Origin: Candidatus Lustribacter sp.
Lineage (GTDB): Bacteria > Vulcanimicrobiota > Vulcanimicrobiia > Vulcanimicrobiales > Vulcanimicrobiaceae
Reading direction: 5' to 3'
Assembly (NCBI GenBank): GCA_965277805.1
Contig: OZ255842.1
Location: forward strand, 5,056,001 to 5,120,000
Length of the DNA: 64,000 nucleotides
The notes beneath the pieces are model-generated. The model ran no database searches. It saw nothing but the letters and a program-made list of their open reading frames with translations, and was not told the origin of the DNA. The position numbers and the translations under genes are program-made. Shown piece by piece: positions 1 to 12,880 of the stretch. Position 1 is the first letter of the stretch; every line of letters begins with the position of its first letter.

Positions 1-2708
1 AGCGAGGCTCTCACCGCGAAGTCGCGGCCGACGGCCGGATGCGCGGGCGATTCGTACTCCGCCACTTGTTGGACGAGCTTGGCGACCAGTGCCGTCCAAC
101 CGGTTTGGTGCGAGGCGCCGAGACCTTGACCCGTGTCGCCGTTGAAGTATTCGTGGAAGAGCAGATGGTCGCGCCAATGGACGCTGTGTTCGATCTCCGT
201 GTCGCTGCGCTGGAACGGACGCGACCCGTCGGGACCGGTCCGGAACAGACCGATCAGGCGGTGCGAGAGCTGTTGCGAAATCTCCCACAGATTGAGCATG
301 GTACCCGAGCCGGTCGGAAACTCCACCTTGTAATCGTCGCCGAGGTAGTAGTGGAACTTCTGCAGCGACTCGATCAGCAGGTAGTTGAGCGGAAACCAGA
401 TCGGGCCGCGCCAGTTCGAGTTGCCGCCGAAGAGCCCGCTGGTTGACTCGGCCGGTTCGTAGTCGACGCGAAAGCTCGCGCCGCCGACGTTGAGCACGTA
501 GGGATTGGCGTCGTGAAATTTCGAGAGCGCGCGTAAGCCGTGCGGGCTCAGGAATTCTTCTTCGGCGAAGAGCCGGCGCAGGATGCGGCGCAAACGGTCG
601 GGGTTGACGATCGCCAGCAGACGGCGCTGGCGCAAGCCGCTGACCTCGATGCGCGCGACGTTCTCCGCCAGTTCGGGGCGATTGGCGATGAACCACTCGA
701 CGCGCGTCTTGAGCAGCGGCAGTTTTTCGAGCGTGTCCGGATCGAGTGTTTCCACCGCGAAGATCGGGATGATGCCGACCGCCGAGCGCACCTTGAGCGG
801 GATGCGCTCGCCGGTGGGCAGATAGAGCTGATCGTAGTAGAACTCGTCCTGCGAATCCCACAAGCCGATGGCGCTGTCGTCATCGTTCGTCTGCGAGTTC
901 ATCGCGTCGGCGATATAAAGGAAGTGCTCGAAGAACTTGTTGGCGAGATGCTCGTACACCGGATCGTGGCGCGCGAGCTCGATCGCGATCGCCAGCATGT
1001 TGAGCGAGTAGACGGCCATCCAGGCCGTGCCGTCCGCCTGCGCGAGGTAGCCGCCGGTCGGCAGCTTGGTGCTGCGATCGAAGACCCCGATATTGTCGAG
1101 GCCGAGAAAACCGCCTTGGAACACGTTGCGCCCGGCGACGTCTTTGCGGTTGACCCACCAGGTGAAGTTGAGCAGCAGTTTTTGGAACACGCGCTCGAGG
1201 AACGGCAGATCGCCGACGCCGCCGCGGCGTTTGGCCTCGATCTTGTATATGCGATATGCGGCCCAGGCGTGCACCGGCGGGTTGACGTCGTCGAAGGCCC
1301 ACTCGTATGCCGGCAGCTGGCCGTTGGGATGCATGAAGCGTTCGCGCGTGAGCGCGACGAGCTGACGCTTCGCGAAATCGGGATCGATCAGCGAAAACGC
1401 GATGACGTGAAAGGCGAGATCCCAACAGGCGTACCAGGGGTACTCCCACTCGTCCGGCATCGAGAGCACTTCGTCGTTGTAGAGGTGCGTCCAAGCGGAG
1501 TTTCGGCCGTGCAAACGGCTCGCGGGCGGAACCGGCATCAGCGGATCGCCCTTGAGCCAATCGCGGATGATGTAATTATAGAACTGCTTCGTCCACAGCA
1601 AGCCGGCGAGCGCGCGGCGCTGGATCAACCGGTCTTCCTGCTTGGCCGTTGGAGGCAGCAAGTCCGCATAGAACGCGTCCGCGTCGGCGATGCGCTGGTC
1701 GACGATCGCATCGAACGCAACCGGATCGATGACGAGCTTCCCCGGCGAATCAGTCAGCCGCAAACGGATCGTCTCCGTCGCGCCCGGCTCCATGATCGTC
1801 ACGTACTGGAACGCGGCCTTGGTGCCGGTGCGTTTGGGGTTGATCGCGGTCGGATCGTTGTTGATCAGATAGCGGCCGAAGGCGTCCTTGACATACGGCC
1901 GCGCGTTCTTCACGCCGAACGCGCGCTCGAAGTTGGTCTCGTTTTCCGTGTAGAGGATGCTGACGGCCTTACCGTCGCCGATCAGCCAGCGCCGGCCGAG
2001 CGTCGGATGCTGCGACACCATCGCGACGTTGGTGTCGCCCGCGTCGCCGATCGTCGGCTTCGTAACGCCCGCGCGCCACGACCACTCATTGCGGTACCAC
2101 AGCGTCGGTAAGACGTGCAGCGGCGCGCGGCTCGCGGCGCGATTGGTCACGGTGATGCGGATGAGGATATCTTCGGGCGACGCCTTCGCGTACTCGACCA
2201 CGATATCGAAGTACGCGTCGCCGGCGAAGACGCCGGTGTCGACCAGCTCGTACTCCGGCGACTCGCGCCCGCGCCTCGCATTTTCTTTGCGCAGATCGTC
2301 GTACGGAAACGGACGCTGCGGATATTTGTAGAGCGCCTTCATGTAGGCGTGCGAGGGCAGGTTATCGAGGTGAAACCAGACTTCCTTAACGTCCTCGCCG
2401 TGGTTGCCTTCGTGGCCGTTCAGCCCGTAGAGACGTTCCTTGAGAATGCGGTCTTTGCCATTCCAGAACGCGGGCGCGAAACACAAGCGCTGGTGGTTGT
2501 CGCTGATGCCCATGATCCCGTCCTCGCCCCAGCGGTACGTTCGCAAGTGCGACATCTCGAACGGGAATGAGTCCCAGGCGTTGCCGTCGGCTGAGTAGTC
2601 CTCTCGGACCGTCCCCCACTGGCGACCGCTGAGGTAGGGACCCCAGCGCCTCCAATGCGCTTCTCGCCGCTCGAGGGCGATTATGCGCTCGGTTTCCGGA
2701 TTCGCCAC
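1..2708 (-). CDS. MGH1-like/GH63-type glucosidase (3' end runs off the window)
   Basis: Manual minus-strand translation from GTG 2708 gives MANPETER...HWRRWGPYLSGRQWGTVREDYS...YRWGEDG; near position 1 it reads LLFHEYFNGDTGQGLGASHQTGWTALVA. No stop inside the window, so it is absent from the ORF track. Confidence 0.9.
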   Translation of the reverse strand, partial: MANPETERIIALERREAHWRRWGPYLSGRQWGTVREDYSADGNAWDSFPFEMSHLRTYRWGEDGIMGISDNHQRLCFAPAFWNGKDRILKERLYGLNGHEGNHGEDVKEVWFHLDNLPSHAYMKALYKYPQRPFPYDDLRKENARRGRESPEYELVDTGVFAGDAYFDIVVEYAKASPEDILIRITVTNRAASRAPLHVLPTLWYRNEWSWRAGVTKPTIGDAGDTNVAMVSQHPTLGRRWLIGDGKAVSILYTENETNFERAFGVKNARPYVKDAFGRYLINNDPTAINPKRTGTKAAFQYVTIMEPGATETIRLRLTDSPGKLVIDPVAFDAIVDQRIADADAFYADLLPPTAKQEDRLIQRRALAGLLWTKQFYNYIIRDWLKGDPLMPVPPASRLHGRNSAWTHLYNDEVLSMPDEWEYPWYACWDLAFHVIAFSLIDPDFAKRQLVALTRERFMHPNGQLPAYEWAFDDVNPPVHAWAAYRIYKIEAKRRGGVGDLPFLERVFQKLLLNFTWWVNRKDVAGRNVFQGGFLGLDNIGVFDRSTKLPTGGYLAQADGTAWMAVYSLNMLAIAIELARHDPVYEHLANKFFEHFLYIADAMNSQTNDDDSAIGLWDSQDEFYYDQLYLPTGERIPLKVRSAVGIIPIFAVETLDPDTLEKLPLLKTRVEWFIANRPELAENVARIEVSGLRQRRLLAIVNPDRLRRILRRLFAEEEFLSPHGLRALSKFHDANPYVLNVGGASFRVDYEPAESTSGLFGGNSNWRGPIWFPLNYLLIESLQKFHYYLGDDYKVEFPTGSGTMLNLWEISQQLSHRLIGLFRTGPDGSRPFQRSDTEIEHSVHWRDHLLFHEYFNGDTGQGLGASHQTGWTALVAKLVQQVAEYESPAHPAVGRDFAVRAS

Positions 2709-2728
2709 GCAGGGTCGGTTCGACGCAC

Positions 2729-4693
2729 GTGGCAAGTTCCGCTTCGATGACCATGCGACGGCTTGCCCGGCCGGAAAGCTGCGATCTGCGGGTCTCCGAA
2801 CGCCGCGAATGGCTCCTCACCAACGGCCGAGGCAGCTACGCGATGGGCACCGTCGCCGGCACCCTCACCCGCAGCTACCACGGGCTGCTGATCGCCGCGC
2901 TGGAGCCCCCCTGCGCCCGGCGGTTGCTGGTTCCGAGCGTCCAGCTCGACGTTCAGTACCGCGGCGAAAGCTATCAGCTCGCGACCAACCGCTGGGCCAG
3001 CGGAGGGCGCGTTCCGGAAGGGTGGCGCTTGGTTGAGTCGTTCACCGTAGCGGACGGTGTTCCGGTCTGGACTTATACGCTCGGCGACGCCGAACTCGAA
3101 GTCGCCCTCGCGATGCCCTATGGGCACGACCGGACGGCGATCGCCCTACGCGCCGTCCGGGCGATCGAGCCGGTGCGGGTGAGCGCCAAAGTGCTGGTGG
3201 CCGACCGCGACCACCACGGCGGCAGCCTGCCCGACCCGAACCGCTTCACGGTCGCCGTCGACGGCGATCGGGCCACCGTGAGCCTGCCCGACTGCGAGCG
3301 CACGCTGCACGTTTCCGCGCCCGGCGCGACGATGAGCCCGCACCGCGATCGCTGGTCGGCGTTCTTTCTCGCGCGCGAGAGCGAGCGCGGCCTCAACGCG
3401 ATCGACGACTACCTCTATGCGGTGGATGCGCGCTTCTCGATCGCACCCGGCGAGCGGGGCGGGCTCGTGGTGGGTCTCGATGCGGACGGCGACGACGCGC
3501 CCCACATCGTCGATGCGGCGCGAGTTCGCGGCGCGGAGCTCGCGGCCGGCGAGACCGATCCGCTGCGCGCGGAGTTGGCCATCGCGGCCGATGCGTTCGT
3601 CGTGCAAGCCGCACCGGGCGGCTCGGCGCGCACGACGATCGTAGCCGGGTATCCGTGGTTCACCGACTGGGGCCGCGACACGATGATCGCGCTGCCCGGC
3701 CTGTTGATCGCCAACCGGCGCGGCGACATCGCAGAGGCGATCGTGCGCGGCTTCGCGCCGTTCGTCGACGGCGGCATGCTGCCGAACGTGTTTCCCGATG
3801 CGGGCAGTGCGCCCGAATACAACACGGTCGACGCGGCGCTCTGGTATGTGGAAGCGATTCGCGCGTGCGCATCTGCAACGCGCGATCCGAATTTCGCGCG
3901 CGATATGTTTCCGGTGCTGCACGCGATCGTTGCGGGCTATACGGCGGGCACGCGCTACGGCATCGGCGTTGATCCGGCAGATGGGCTGGTGCGCGCCGGT
4001 GTTCAGGGCGTGCAACTGACGTGGATGGATGCGAAGGTCGGCGAACACGTGGTGACGCCGCGCATCGGGAAACCGGTTGAGGTCAACGCGTTGTGGTTTG
4101 CTGCGCTCACGACGACCGCGCATTTCGCCGAGCACTGTGCGGCCGATCCGCAACCGTACGAAGAAGCTGCGGCGCGCGTGCGCGCGAGCTTTGGGCGTTT
4201 CTGGAATCCCGAGCGCGGCTGCTGCTTCGACGTGATCGACGGACCGGGCGGTAACGATCCGGCGATCCGTCCGAATCAGCTCTTCGCCGTTGCGCTCGCA
4301 CCGGAATTGCTGGCGCCGGCAGCTGCGCGAGCGGTCGTCGACGTGTGTGTGCGCGATCTCTGGACGCCGGTGGGTTTGCGCACGCTCGCGCCGGGCGATC
4401 CGGCGTACGTGGGGCACTACGGTGGCGATCAGGCGGCGCGCGACGGCGCCTATCATCAGGGAACGGTGTGGCCCTGGCTCATCGGCGCGTTCGTGCAGGC
4501 GCACCTCAACGTGTACGACGATCCCGCGCTCGCGCGCTCGTACGTTGCGCCGCTGGCGGACGCGCTCGGCGGCTACGGTATCGGGACGCTTGGGGAGATC
4601 TTCGACGGCGACGCGCCGCACGCGCCCGGCGGGACGATCGCGCAGGCGTGGAGCGTCGCGGAACTTACTGCGGCGTTACGGCTCGTCGGTTGA
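2729..4693 (+). CDS. Glycogen debranching enzyme / amylo-alpha-1,6-glucosidase
   Basis: EWLLTNGRGSYAMGT, AGYPWFTDWGRDTMIALPG, TWMDAK, RPNQ, AYHQGTVWPWL and AQAWSVAE motifs. Confidence 0.92.
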   Translation: MASSASMTMRRLARPESCDLRVSERREWLLTNGRGSYAMGTVAGTLTRSYHGLLIAALEPPCARRLLVPSVQLDVQYRGESYQLATNRWASGGRVPEGWRLVESFTVADGVPVWTYTLGDAELEVALAMPYGHDRTAIALRAVRAIEPVRVSAKVLVADRDHHGGSLPDPNRFTVAVDGDRATVSLPDCERTLHVSAPGATMSPHRDRWSAFFLARESERGLNAIDDYLYAVDARFSIAPGERGGLVVGLDADGDDAPHIVDAARVRGAELAAGETDPLRAELAIAADAFVVQAAPGGSARTTIVAGYPWFTDWGRDTMIALPGLLIANRRGDIAEAIVRGFAPFVDGGMLPNVFPDAGSAPEYNTVDAALWYVEAIRACASATRDPNFARDMFPVLHAIVAGYTAGTRYGIGVDPADGLVRAGVQGVQLTWMDAKVGEHVVTPRIGKPVEVNALWFAALTTTAHFAEHCAADPQPYEEAAARVRASFGRFWNPERGCCFDVIDGPGGNDPAIRPNQLFAVALAPELLAPAAARAVVDVCVRDLWTPVGLRTLAPGDPAYVGHYGGDQAARDGAYHQGTVWPWLIGAFVQAHLNVYDDPALARSYVAPLADALGGYGIGTLGEIFDGDAPHAPGGTIAQAWSVAELTAALRLVG

Positions 4694-4942
4694 TTCGGAC
4701 GCCGCGGCGGCTTCCGCGGCCTTGCGCTTCGCTTCGCGCTCCATGTCTTTAGCGATCAACTCGATGTCGTGTTCGTTCTGGCGTTTTTGGTCGACGTTGG
4801 CCTGCGCGCGTTTGGTCGTGTCGTCGATGTCGTCGCGCAGCGCCTTCACGAGACCGGGTTTGTCGGCCTTGAAGCCCGGGTCGAGGTACAGGCCCCGGTT
4901 CATCTGTTCCCCGAGGGTCGGCGAGTCGTCGGGTGTGCTCAT
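4676..4942 (-). CDS. Small hypothetical charged/coiled-coil protein
   Basis: 88 aa ORF with host-like codon usage filling the gap between genes. Confidence 0.6.
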   Translation of the reverse strand: MSTPDDSPTLGEQMNRGLYLDPGFKADKPGLVKALRDDIDDTTKRAQANVDQKRQNEHDIELIAKDMEREAKRKAAEAAAASESTDEP

Positions 4943-5040
4943 ACCCCAAGCGTTCCGCGAGGTAAGTCCTTTTCCTCGGATGGGGATTCTAGCAAGCGCT
5001 TAATGACGGGCGCCCGCCGCTCTGGTTTGCTGTAGGGGAA

Positions 5041-5646
5041 ATGCGACGCTTTCTTGCAGCCGTTCTATCTTCGTCTCTACCGCTATTGGCGGCAGTGCCG
5101 TCCGAGGCGGGACCGTCCCGGCAACTGCAGAACGCGGTGGTCGCCACCAGCGGCGGGATCGCCCGCAAGGCGACCGTCGTCATCGATTTCGTGAGTGGTT
5201 CGGCCGAGCGTGTGATGAACGTGAACGTCGATGAGATCGCCGACGGCGCCGTGCAACAAGATGCCTACGTGGGGATCGAGCCCTCGAGTTCGCTCCTGGC
5301 CGATGCGCTGAATTCGCTCACCACCGAAGAGGACGCGATCTGCTCGCTCATGGCGCTTGAATCCGAAGACCTCGCCGGCATCGCGACCGGCGCTCATTGG
5401 GAGCGCCAAGGGCCGGTGCCGGGCGGACATCACCACACGCGCTTCTCTGTTCTCGGCGTGAACGGCGACGGTTTGGTGCAATTTGCGGTGTCGCGCGATC
5501 TCGAACGCAACGACGGTTCGGTGGCGCGCTGGCGCGGCACGATGCTCTACAACGCCAACGACTTCGTGCCCTCAACGATCATCCTCAACGGCGAAAACAT
5601 CGCCCTCTCAATCCACCTCATCCACGACACGTTCAAACACTACTAA
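5041..5646 (+). CDS. Hypothetical exported protein
   Basis: N-terminal signal peptide (MRRFLAAVLSSSLPLLAAVPSEA); AGGGG upstream. Confidence 0.65.
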   Translation: MRRFLAAVLSSSLPLLAAVPSEAGPSRQLQNAVVATSGGIARKATVVIDFVSGSAERVMNVNVDEIADGAVQQDAYVGIEPSSSLLADALNSLTTEEDAICSLMALESEDLAGIATGAHWERQGPVPGGHHHTRFSVLGVNGDGLVQFAVSRDLERNDGSVARWRGTMLYNANDFVPSTIILNGENIALSIHLIHDTFKHY

Positions 5647-5652
5647 CTCTCC

Positions 5653-5675
5653 GTCATCCCGAGCTTGTCGAGGGA
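5653..5675. repeat. REP-like palindromic element GTCATCCCGAGCTTGTCGAGGGA between convergent genes
   Basis: Short imperfect palindrome; shares ATCCCGAGC...GAGGGAC with the element at 11472-11515 (opposite strand). Confidence 0.5.
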
Positions 5676-5703
5676 CCGCCACAACCGTTACCATTCGCGC
5701 GCT

Positions 5704-8470
<2,767 letters not shown>

Positions 8471-8480
8471 CGCGCCCTCA

Positions 8481-9494
8481 ATGAAGAGCGCGCGGTATCT
8501 CCTCGCGGTACTGATCCTGCTCGGAGCCGCACTGGCCGCGTGCTCAGGCAACTTCGGTTCCGGGACGACGCCGCCCAACGGTCTCTTGCCGTCCGGCAAT
8601 TTGGCCGGCATCAACCCGACGCCGACGCCGACGCCGAACTCCGCGAGCAACATCGTGACGTACGGTTCGTCGACGTCGTTTCAGCCGTTGCCGACGGTCG
8701 GCGGATATGGCGGCGCGATCGCGTTCCCGGTGCCCTCGCCGAAGCCGTCGGGCTTCGCCGACATCGCGGTCGGCGTGACGCTCTCGGTCGTGCGCCCGCC
8801 CGATATTCCCGACCTCAACCTCGTGACCAAGGGCAAGAAGACGAAACGCGAACGGCCGGCGCGTGCGCTCGCGTACATCACACTGCTCCCGACGCACGAC
8901 ATGACGCTCGAATCGTATCCGCGCATCGCGGTCGACGTACCGCGCGACGTCGTGACGACCTATCGTGAGAACGAACTCGGGCTCGCGCTCTACAACGCCT
9001 CGAGCAAAGACGGAACGTTCCGCCTCGCCGCGGCCGAGCTCGACATGTCGTCGCCGCCGCCGACGGCGTCGCCCAACCCGAGCGCGCCGCCGCCGCCCAC
9101 CGCGATTCCGGTCAGCGCGTCGCCGACGCCCAGCGGCAGCCCGCGTCCGAGCGCTTCGCCGACCGTGCTGCCCTCGGGCGTGACGCCGTCGCCCGGTGCA
9201 ACGGGATCCGGAGCCGCTGTGCCGTCGGCCTCGCCCACGCTACCGCCCGAACGCATCGTCTTTGCCGGCACGGCCGCGACGCTCAAGCTCACGGCGAATC
9301 GGCCGGTGGTCTTCGCGCTCTACGCGCTTCCGGTTGCGACACCCGCACCCACGCCGCGCGCGTCGGGCGCGGTCATCGAAGCCGCACCCGCGGCTCCCGA
9401 ATCGTCGGCCTCCGGGTCAGCGCCGCCCGCGTCAGCCGCGCCCGCATCAGGGGCGCCCGCATCAGCGGCGCCGCCGTCGCAGGCGAAAACTTAA
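8481..9494 (+). CDS. Pro/Ser-rich lipoprotein, hypothetical
   Basis: Lipobox LAAC|S and long P/S/A-rich linkers. Confidence 0.7.
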   Translation: MKSARYLLAVLILLGAALAACSGNFGSGTTPPNGLLPSGNLAGINPTPTPTPNSASNIVTYGSSTSFQPLPTVGGYGGAIAFPVPSPKPSGFADIAVGVTLSVVRPPDIPDLNLVTKGKKTKRERPARALAYITLLPTHDMTLESYPRIAVDVPRDVVTTYRENELGLALYNASSKDGTFRLAAAELDMSSPPPTASPNPSAPPPPTAIPVSASPTPSGSPRPSASPTVLPSGVTPSPGATGSGAAVPSASPTLPPERIVFAGTAATLKLTANRPVVFALYALPVATPAPTPRASGAVIEAAPAAPESSASGSAPPASAAPASGAPASAAPPSQAKT

Positions 9495-10165
9495 GGCTGG
9501 TTGAGGATCGCTGCCGGCAGCGTGACCGGCAGTGCTGAGGCGTCGGTGTTCGCCAGCCATTGCTGCTCGTCGGCGAGCGGTTCGGCGTTGGCCACGAACG
9601 TTTTGGCAACGCGCGCGCTGAGCTTGTGCCACTGCGCGATGACCTTCGTGACGTAGCGCTGCGTTTCGTGATACGGCGGGATGCCGCGATATTGTTCGAC
9701 CGCGTGCGGTCCGGCGTTGTAACCGGCGATCGCATCGCGCAGTCCGTTGACGCCGCGGCTCGAGAAACGGTTGATCAGCGAACGCAAGTACGACGACGCG
9801 CCGCGCAAGTTCTGCGCGGGGTCGCGCGGGTTCACGCCGAGCTTCGCGGCCGTCACCGGCATCAGTTGTCCGAGCCCGCGCGCGCCGTGCGATGAGACGG
9901 CGGTTTGGCGCCACGACGATTCGACGGTGACCAGCGCCATGATGAGGTTCGGATCGAGTTTGGTTCGCTCGGAGTCGGCCAACAGCGAGCGCGCGTAGGA
10001 GAGGCTCTGGTGAACCTGCAGTTGCGGATTGATCGTCCGGAGGACGCTCGCGTAGTTCGTTTCAGCGGCCGGCGTCGATTCGGCGGCACCGGCCGGGTGG
10101 ACGAGGGCAACGAACGCGATCAGTAGCGAAACGGCAAAGCGCGTCGCTGCAAAGGGCGAGGGCAT
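9491..10165 (-). CDS. Lytic transglycosylase (SLT domain)
   Basis: VESS...AVSSHGARGLGQLMP...AGYNAGP...ETQRYV; signal peptide. Confidence 0.92.
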   Translation of the reverse strand: MPSPFAATRFAVSLLIAFVALVHPAGAAESTPAAETNYASVLRTINPQLQVHQSLSYARSLLADSERTKLDPNLIMALVTVESSWRQTAVSSHGARGLGQLMPVTAAKLGVNPRDPAQNLRGASSYLRSLINRFSSRGVNGLRDAIAGYNAGPHAVEQYRGIPPYHETQRYVTKVIAQWHKLSARVAKTFVANAEPLADEQQWLANTDASALPVTLPAAILNQP

Positions 10166-10175
10166 AGGGGGCGGG

Positions 10176-10679
10176 TTACCCCGCCGGGGGTGAACACCCT
10201 TCCGAGGAAGCGTCCGGGGAAGCAGAGGGGTGGATCGGGTCCACCCACGAGACGGCGGTCGGCTGCTCGGCCGCCGCTATATCGAGGTTGACGACAACCG
10301 GCTGCTGGCCGCTGCGGACCAGGACGCACTCGAGCGGCTGGTCGGTTGAGGCGTTGATCTCCTGGTGCGGCACGTACGGCGGGACGAAGATGAAGTCGCC
10401 GGGACCAGCTTCGGCCACGAACTCGAGCCGGTCGCCCCAGCGCATGCGGGCCTGACCACGCACGACGTAGATCACGCTCTCGAGGTCGCCGTGATGGTGC
10501 GCGCCCGTTTTCGCATCGGCGTGAATGACCACCGTGCCGGCCCAGAGCTTCTGCGCCCCGGCCGTTGCGGCGGTGATCGCGGCGGCGCGATTCATCCCCG
10601 CGGTCTGCGGTGTATTGGTGTCGAGCTCGTTGGCGCGAACGATGCGAATCCCGTTGTGTTTCCAGCGATCTTCGCTCAT
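10176..10679 (-). CDS. Cupin domain protein
   Basis: GAHHHGDLESVIYV...GDFIFVPPYVPHQE. Confidence 0.88.
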   Translation of the reverse strand: MSEDRWKHNGIRIVRANELDTNTPQTAGMNRAAAITAATAGAQKLWAGTVVIHADAKTGAHHHGDLESVIYVVRGQARMRWGDRLEFVAEAGPGDFIFVPPYVPHQEINASTDQPLECVLVRSGQQPVVVNLDIAAAEQPTAVSWVDPIHPSASPDASSEGCSPPAG

Positions 10680-10732
10680 GGGCGATGCTTACGACCGGAA
10701 CGCCGGTGCTTCATTCCGAAGCGCCCACGGAT

Positions 10733-11512
10733 ATGAAGGTCGCGTATGTCGACATGATCGGCGGCGCCGCGGGCGATATGCTGATGGGCGCGTGGGTCGA
10801 TGCGGGTCTCGATGTGCGCGAACTCGAGCGCGCGCTGCGTACGGTCGTTGCGGACGGCTGGGAATTGGTGACCGAGCGCGTCGAGCGTGGCGGGATCAGC
10901 GCGACGTATCTCGACCTCGTGATTCCCGGCGAAGACGATCACGCGCACTCACCCGAAGGCGTTCATCAGCATCATTACTCGCCCGGGCGTCGCTTGCGTG
11001 ACATCCTCGCGGTCGTCGAGCGCAGCGGTCTGTCGCTGCTCGCGATCGAACGCGCGAGCACGATCTACCGGCGGCTCGCGCACGCCGAAGCGCGCGTGCA
11101 CGGGGCCGACGTCGAAGAGATGCTCTTCCACGAAGTCGGACAAGTCGATGCGATCCTCGACGTAGCGGGAACGTGCGTTGCGCTTGAACTGCTCGGAATC
11201 GATGAGCTGCGCGTTTCGGCGTTTCCGCTCGGTACGGGCATCTCGCGCGGCGGGCTTCCAAATCCCGGGCCGGTCGCGCTCGAGCTGATGCGCGGTTATC
11301 CGGTGCGCGCGACCGGTATCGAGGCGCAGCTCGTCACGGAGACGGGGGCTGCGATTCTCACCGCGTTAGCGCCGCCGGGACCGGCTATCGATATGACGCT
11401 CGAACGCATCGGTTACGGTGCGGGGCGCAAGTCGTTTGCGATTCCAAACGTCGTGTGCGTAACGATCGGGAGTCCCTCCTCTACGCGCCCTACCGCGCTC
11501 CGCTCGGGATAA
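10733..11512 (+). CDS. larC: LarC-family nickel insertion protein, N-terminal (LarC1-like) part only
   Basis: GAAGDMLMGA, His-rich insert, AEARVHG...FHEVGQVDAILD, LVTETGAAIL, IGYGAG; 259 aa. Confidence 0.8.
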   Translation: MKVAYVDMIGGAAGDMLMGAWVDAGLDVRELERALRTVVADGWELVTERVERGGISATYLDLVIPGEDDHAHSPEGVHQHHYSPGRRLRDILAVVERSGLSLLAIERASTIYRRLAHAEARVHGADVEEMLFHEVGQVDAILDVAGTCVALELLGIDELRVSAFPLGTGISRGGLPNPGPVALELMRGYPVRATGIEAQLVTETGAAILTALAPPGPAIDMTLERIGYGAGRKSFAIPNVVCVTIGSPSSTRPTALRSG

Positions 11513-11515
11513 ACT
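11472..11515. repeat. Degenerate REP-like element overlapping the larC stop
   Basis: Reverse complement reads AGTTTATCCCGAGC-GGAGCGCGGTAGGGCGCGTAGAG-GAGGGAC; same termini as the 5653 element. Confidence 0.4.
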
Positions 11516-11517
11516 CG

Positions 11518-11874
11518 TTAAAGGAGGTCGTCGAATTTGCGCAGGCGGTCGGTCATGATCTTCATGACCTCGAGCGCGAAGAACGGATGATTGCGAACGA
11601 GATAGAGAAAGCGCTTCTGGTCGATCGACGAAACTTGGACGTCGGTTTTCGCGGCGACGTCGGCGCTGCGCTCCTTGTGATCGATCAGCGCCATCTCGCC
11701 GAAAATTCCGCCGGCGTACACCGTCTCGAGCACCTTGCCGCGCAACGTGATCTCGACCTCGCCCTCGGTGACGACGTACATGATCTCGCCATGATCGCCG
11801 GTCGTGAAGAAACGGTGCCCCGCCGGATAGTGCTGCGCGTCGAGGTCGCTGGCAAACATGGAAAGATCGGCCAC
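11518..11874 (-). CDS. Stand-alone cyclic nucleotide-binding (Crp-type) domain protein
   Basis: MYVVTEGEVEI...GIFGEMALIDHKERSADV; no HTH domain. Confidence 0.88.
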   Translation of the reverse strand: MADLSMFASDLDAQHYPAGHRFFTTGDHGEIMYVVTEGEVEITLRGKVLETVYAGGIFGEMALIDHKERSADVAAKTDVQVSSIDQKRFLYLVRNHPFFALEVMKIMTDRLRKFDDLL

Positions 11875-11935
11875 AGTAAGGCAACCTTTCGCTTTTTCGC
11901 AGGGAATATCCGTCCCCGGAGAAGATGACGGGCTC

Positions 11936-12877
11936 ATGAATCGCCGCACCACGCTCTCGACTTTGGCTGCCGCAGGCGCGGCTTCGCTCGTGTCCCCGCG
12001 TACCGTCTTCGCAGCCGATCCGACGGCATTTTCGATGGGCACGATGCCGACCGACGGATCGGCGCAGCCGTTTTATGGGCTCGACCACAATTTCTTCAAA
12101 GACGCCGGGTTTGACGTATCGCTGACGGTCCTCAATAATACGGCATCGCTCGCCTCAGCCGTCGCATCGGGAGCGCTGGAAGTCGGTTTCGGCAGCGTGA
12201 TTCCGCTCGCCCAAGCCCACGTGCGCGGGCTGAATTTTCGCGTCATCGCGCCGGCGACGATCTATAACGGCACGACGCCGGTGAACGTGATCATGGTCGC
12301 CAAGAACTCAACGATAAAAACAGCTTCAGATCTGAACGGGCAAACCGTCGCGGTCAACGGCTTGCGCGATCTCACGCAATACGAGATGCAGGCATGGATC
12401 GATCAAAACGGCGGCGACGTGAAGTCGGTCAAGCTGATCGAGACGCCGTTCTCCGAGATGGCGGCCGCACTTCAAGCCGGGCGCGTCGCCGCCGGGATTC
12501 TGGCGGAACCGTTTTGGACCGCGGCCTTGGACACGTGCCGCGTGATCGGCAATGGCTCCGCACCCATCGGCAAGCACTTCATGGTGACGGGCTGGTTCGC
12601 GTCGACGGACTGGCTGACGAAGAACGCCGACACTGCGAAGCGCATGCAGGCCGTCATGCTGCAGATCGCGCGCTGGGCCAACGCCAATCACGCCGCCACG
12701 CAAGCGATCGTCCCCAAGTACACCAAGATCACGCCCGAGGTCGCCGCGCACATGGTGCGCGCGGTGCTCGGTGAGACGCGCCCCGACCCGTCACTGATTC
12801 AACCGGTGATCGATGTCGCCGTCAAATACGGTGACCTTCCGCCGATGCGCGCCTCCGAACTGATCTGGCAGGACTAA
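11936..12877 (+). CDS. ABC substrate-binding protein (SsuA/NMT1-THI5-like), Tat-exported
   Basis: MNRRTTL Tat-like signal; DLNGQTVAVN and GRVAAGILAEPF motifs. Confidence 0.82.
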   Translation: MNRRTTLSTLAAAGAASLVSPRTVFAADPTAFSMGTMPTDGSAQPFYGLDHNFFKDAGFDVSLTVLNNTASLASAVASGALEVGFGSVIPLAQAHVRGLNFRVIAPATIYNGTTPVNVIMVAKNSTIKTASDLNGQTVAVNGLRDLTQYEMQAWIDQNGGDVKSVKLIETPFSEMAAALQAGRVAAGILAEPFWTAALDTCRVIGNGSAPIGKHFMVTGWFASTDWLTKNADTAKRMQAVMLQIARWANANHAATQAIVPKYTKITPEVAAHMVRAVLGETRPDPSLIQPVIDVAVKYGDLPPMRASELIWQD

Positions 12878-12880
12878 CGC

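Noticed and set aside
39-2570. Long + strand ORFs (39-446, 540-2111, 2115-2570)
   Set aside because: Antisense shadows of the minus-strand glucosidase, typical of high-GC DNA.
8615-8640. CCGACG tandem repeat and other Pro-rich repeats (9050-9480, 54050-54130)
   Set aside because: They encode PT/PA/PE low-complexity linkers and are not DNA-level arrays.
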